Positions 60,558 to 64,000 of a stretch of 64,000 nt of DNA are shown here, piece by piece. Numbering within the stretch: position 1 is the first letter of the stretch; every line of letters begins with the position of its first letter. The stretch is from the human T2T-CHM13v2.0 reference genome, Homo sapiens. The position numbers and the translations under genes were made by a program. The notes below the pieces were generated by a model. The model made no database searches and was not told where the DNA came from. It saw only the letters and a program-made list of their open reading frames with translations. The stretch lies in NCBI RefSeq assembly GCF_009914755.1, contig NC_060942.1. One strand, given 5' to 3'.

Positions 60558-61029
60558 AGATTATGAAGGTAAAATAATGTCATTACAGAAAATTTACAAA
60601 AAGTGAATTAAGATTTTTCATAAAGGATCCACAATCATTTTGGTAGGAATTTTTTAGCCTTTATCTTCCTCTCTGGTGTTCTAATATAGTTGAAATCATG
60701 GTGCACATACACATGCAAGCTGATTTTTAACCTAACTAAGCATTAGCCTATGCCATTCTGTTTTTTATAAAAACTATCATTGTTCCCCATTATTTGCTAT
60801 CAAATATACGAATTATATTTTATATTAATACTATACTAATTATATTTATAATACTATACTAATTATATGTATAATACTAAGTATATTTTGTAATTAGTAT
60901 ATTTGTACATACAGCCCTTTGCATGATTACAGTTATTTTCATGTGACAGGCATATATAACAGGTGTCCATTTCAACCAATTTTTAAGTTTATTGGCATTT
61001 AATAGGATTATATGTAGCATGCTGCTGTG

Positions 61030-61986
<957 letters not shown>

Positions 61987-64000
61987 ATTTTTAAGTTGAT
62001 TGGCATTTAATAAGATAATAAATAGCATGCTGCTGCTTTGAATCTTCCATATTTGTCTGTAGAGCCCCTGTTTTCTAATGCAGTTTATGTAAAGTTTTTC
62101 TACTTTTTCTTGGGCAGTATCTATTTTAATTACTTTTAAATGACTTGGATGTATTAATGTTTTCTCTTTTAACAAAAATCACAATTATACCCCAAATTAT
62201 TTTTGCATAAAAAGTATATGCTTTTAAAAATAAATGATATGACAAAAATATTAGCTATAAAACTATCACCATGAGAATACTGCCTGTCCTAATCCCTTAA
62301 GGATATTTATTAGGGAGGAAAAAAATAACAGAGGTCGTTTGCTTTTCAGTGACCAGGTTCTTCATACACATGGATGTCTCACAGATCAGCTAAGGCCTGT
62401 GTTTGAACACCTTGGTCACCCCTGCAAGGAGCCATGCTCCAGCATTTGCCATCCACAGAACGGTGCTAATAGAGTCTATTTCTGGAGAATGGAGGAGAGA
62501 TTAACTTCTTGTTCATGATAAATCAAGGGTATCTGATTTGCCTGTTACATGCCCAGTTTTCTTTGGAAGCAAGCCCTAGAAGCTGTTTTTCTGATCTAAT
62601 CCTAATTCTCACATTAGTGCTTATGAAAGAGGAAAACAACATTTACTCACGATAAAGACTGAGTTCTAGCCATTATAAATCTTATCAATTGCCTTGTGAA
62701 GGTTAGGGGGAAAAAGAAGGAAAAAAATGATTGTACTCACTCACACTTGCATCTGGACTAATGTTCCTATTCCCGTTGTTGAGTGTTCTGAGATTTCTAA
62801 GACTGGCACAAATGGAAATAGCAGCAGAGATAAAGTTGGGAACCTTAGGAGATATCTGACTGATGAATGTTGCACTATAAAGAGTGGCCAGTAACAGTTC
62901 GATAAGGAAAATTATTATAGTTTACTCATTACTGGGAAATATTAGCAAACCTAAACATTTCATTTTTTTTTCTATTTTTCTTATAAGCCACCAAGATTGG
63001 TAGAAGTGCTCTTAACAAATATTTGCCACGTTAATATTTAGAATCACACACATGCATACATACATACATAAGATGTATAATGATTTTTTGGCTTCAGTAA
63101 AGGTACTTGGTACATAATATACATTCTATATAATATTTTGGTTAATTGCCTGAAAAGAAGCGTATTTTTCCCAAGACAAATACAAAACATATTTATCTAA
63201 GATGTAGGCCAACAAATAACCATTTTCCATAGGTTAAGATATACACTTGCACATGAGCAGTTCTTCAGTTTCAACAACCATTTTTTGAGTATCAGTTATG
63301 TGCTAGTGCTCACTCTGAGATACAACAGAGGTGAACAGAGCAGCTGAATGTGAACCATTGATGGCCGCACGTCTGTCCACCCTTCTTAGTTCATTTGTGT
63401 TTTGGCACCATCCATTAGCCTTGGGAAGGCGTGTTTTTGACAGAGGGATAAAGAAACACAGTGACAGAAATGTGTACTTTCTGGACTATTGCTTTATTTC
63501 TTCCCATTTATTTGTGAAGTCATTAGAATGCCCGTCTATCAGCATTACATAGAGCCTGCAGTTTCCCTAAGAAACTGTCAACTTTGGGGACAAAAATAAG
63601 GAAAGTTTCTTACTCCTCTGTTTCTATCTTTTGATCTTTTTAAAAGACATCTAGTAACAAAGTTAGGCTAAAAGGCTAAAAGCTGGTAAGCCACCAATCT
63701 ATATGGGGCATCAAAATATCACTAAAATAGGCTAGTAATATGATGCCAATTAATCAAGTTTTCCCTCATGGTTTCTTAAGATGGTATTGCCCTAGATATG
63801 ATAAAATATAACCCAAAATAGAAGATTCAAAACCATCAACAAACAAAAACAGAAAGCTTGCTTTCTGGCATCTACGTTTTGCCGTTGAATATTTTTGAGA
63901 TGTCCACATAAGTTCCAAGGAGCAGCTGCAGCCACACCACCACCCTGAGCCCAGCCAGCTGACAGTTGCCTAGAGTTGGCAGCCACAGCTAGCTGAAATT

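Overview
Primate (most likely human) genomic DNA: AT-rich and CpG-depleted, with no CpG island except the L1 5'UTR. I see no multi-exon protein-coding gene, so the window reads as a long intron or intergenic DNA, roughly half made of interspersed repeats. Main features: (1) a full-length ~6.03-kb L1PA2/L1PA3-type LINE-1 on the minus strand (24209-30235) with TSDs, an open ORF1, a disrupted ORF2 and a truncated antisense ORF0; (2) an old RPL10A processed pseudogene (~45793-46340, minus); (3) about a dozen Alus, four MaLR LTRs, an MLT2 LTR, a near-complete HAL1, older L1/L2/MIR fragments and hAT MITEs. The most interesting signals are inferences, not established facts. They are a + strand recursive-splice-site motif (17642-17665), an L1 antisense/ORF0 donor matching a perfect CAG|GTGAGT upstream of a candidate exon cluster at 38.5-39.1 kb (including a 20-nt micro-exon ending in ATG), and several templated-repair scars (fold-back Alu remnant, short copies pasted into older repeats, an Alu micro-inversion, a ~49-bp L1-flanking duplication). 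Repeat subfamily calls come from remembered consensus sequences, and old-repeat boundaries are approximate. I cannot support a claim of a wholly new biological system from the sequence alone.
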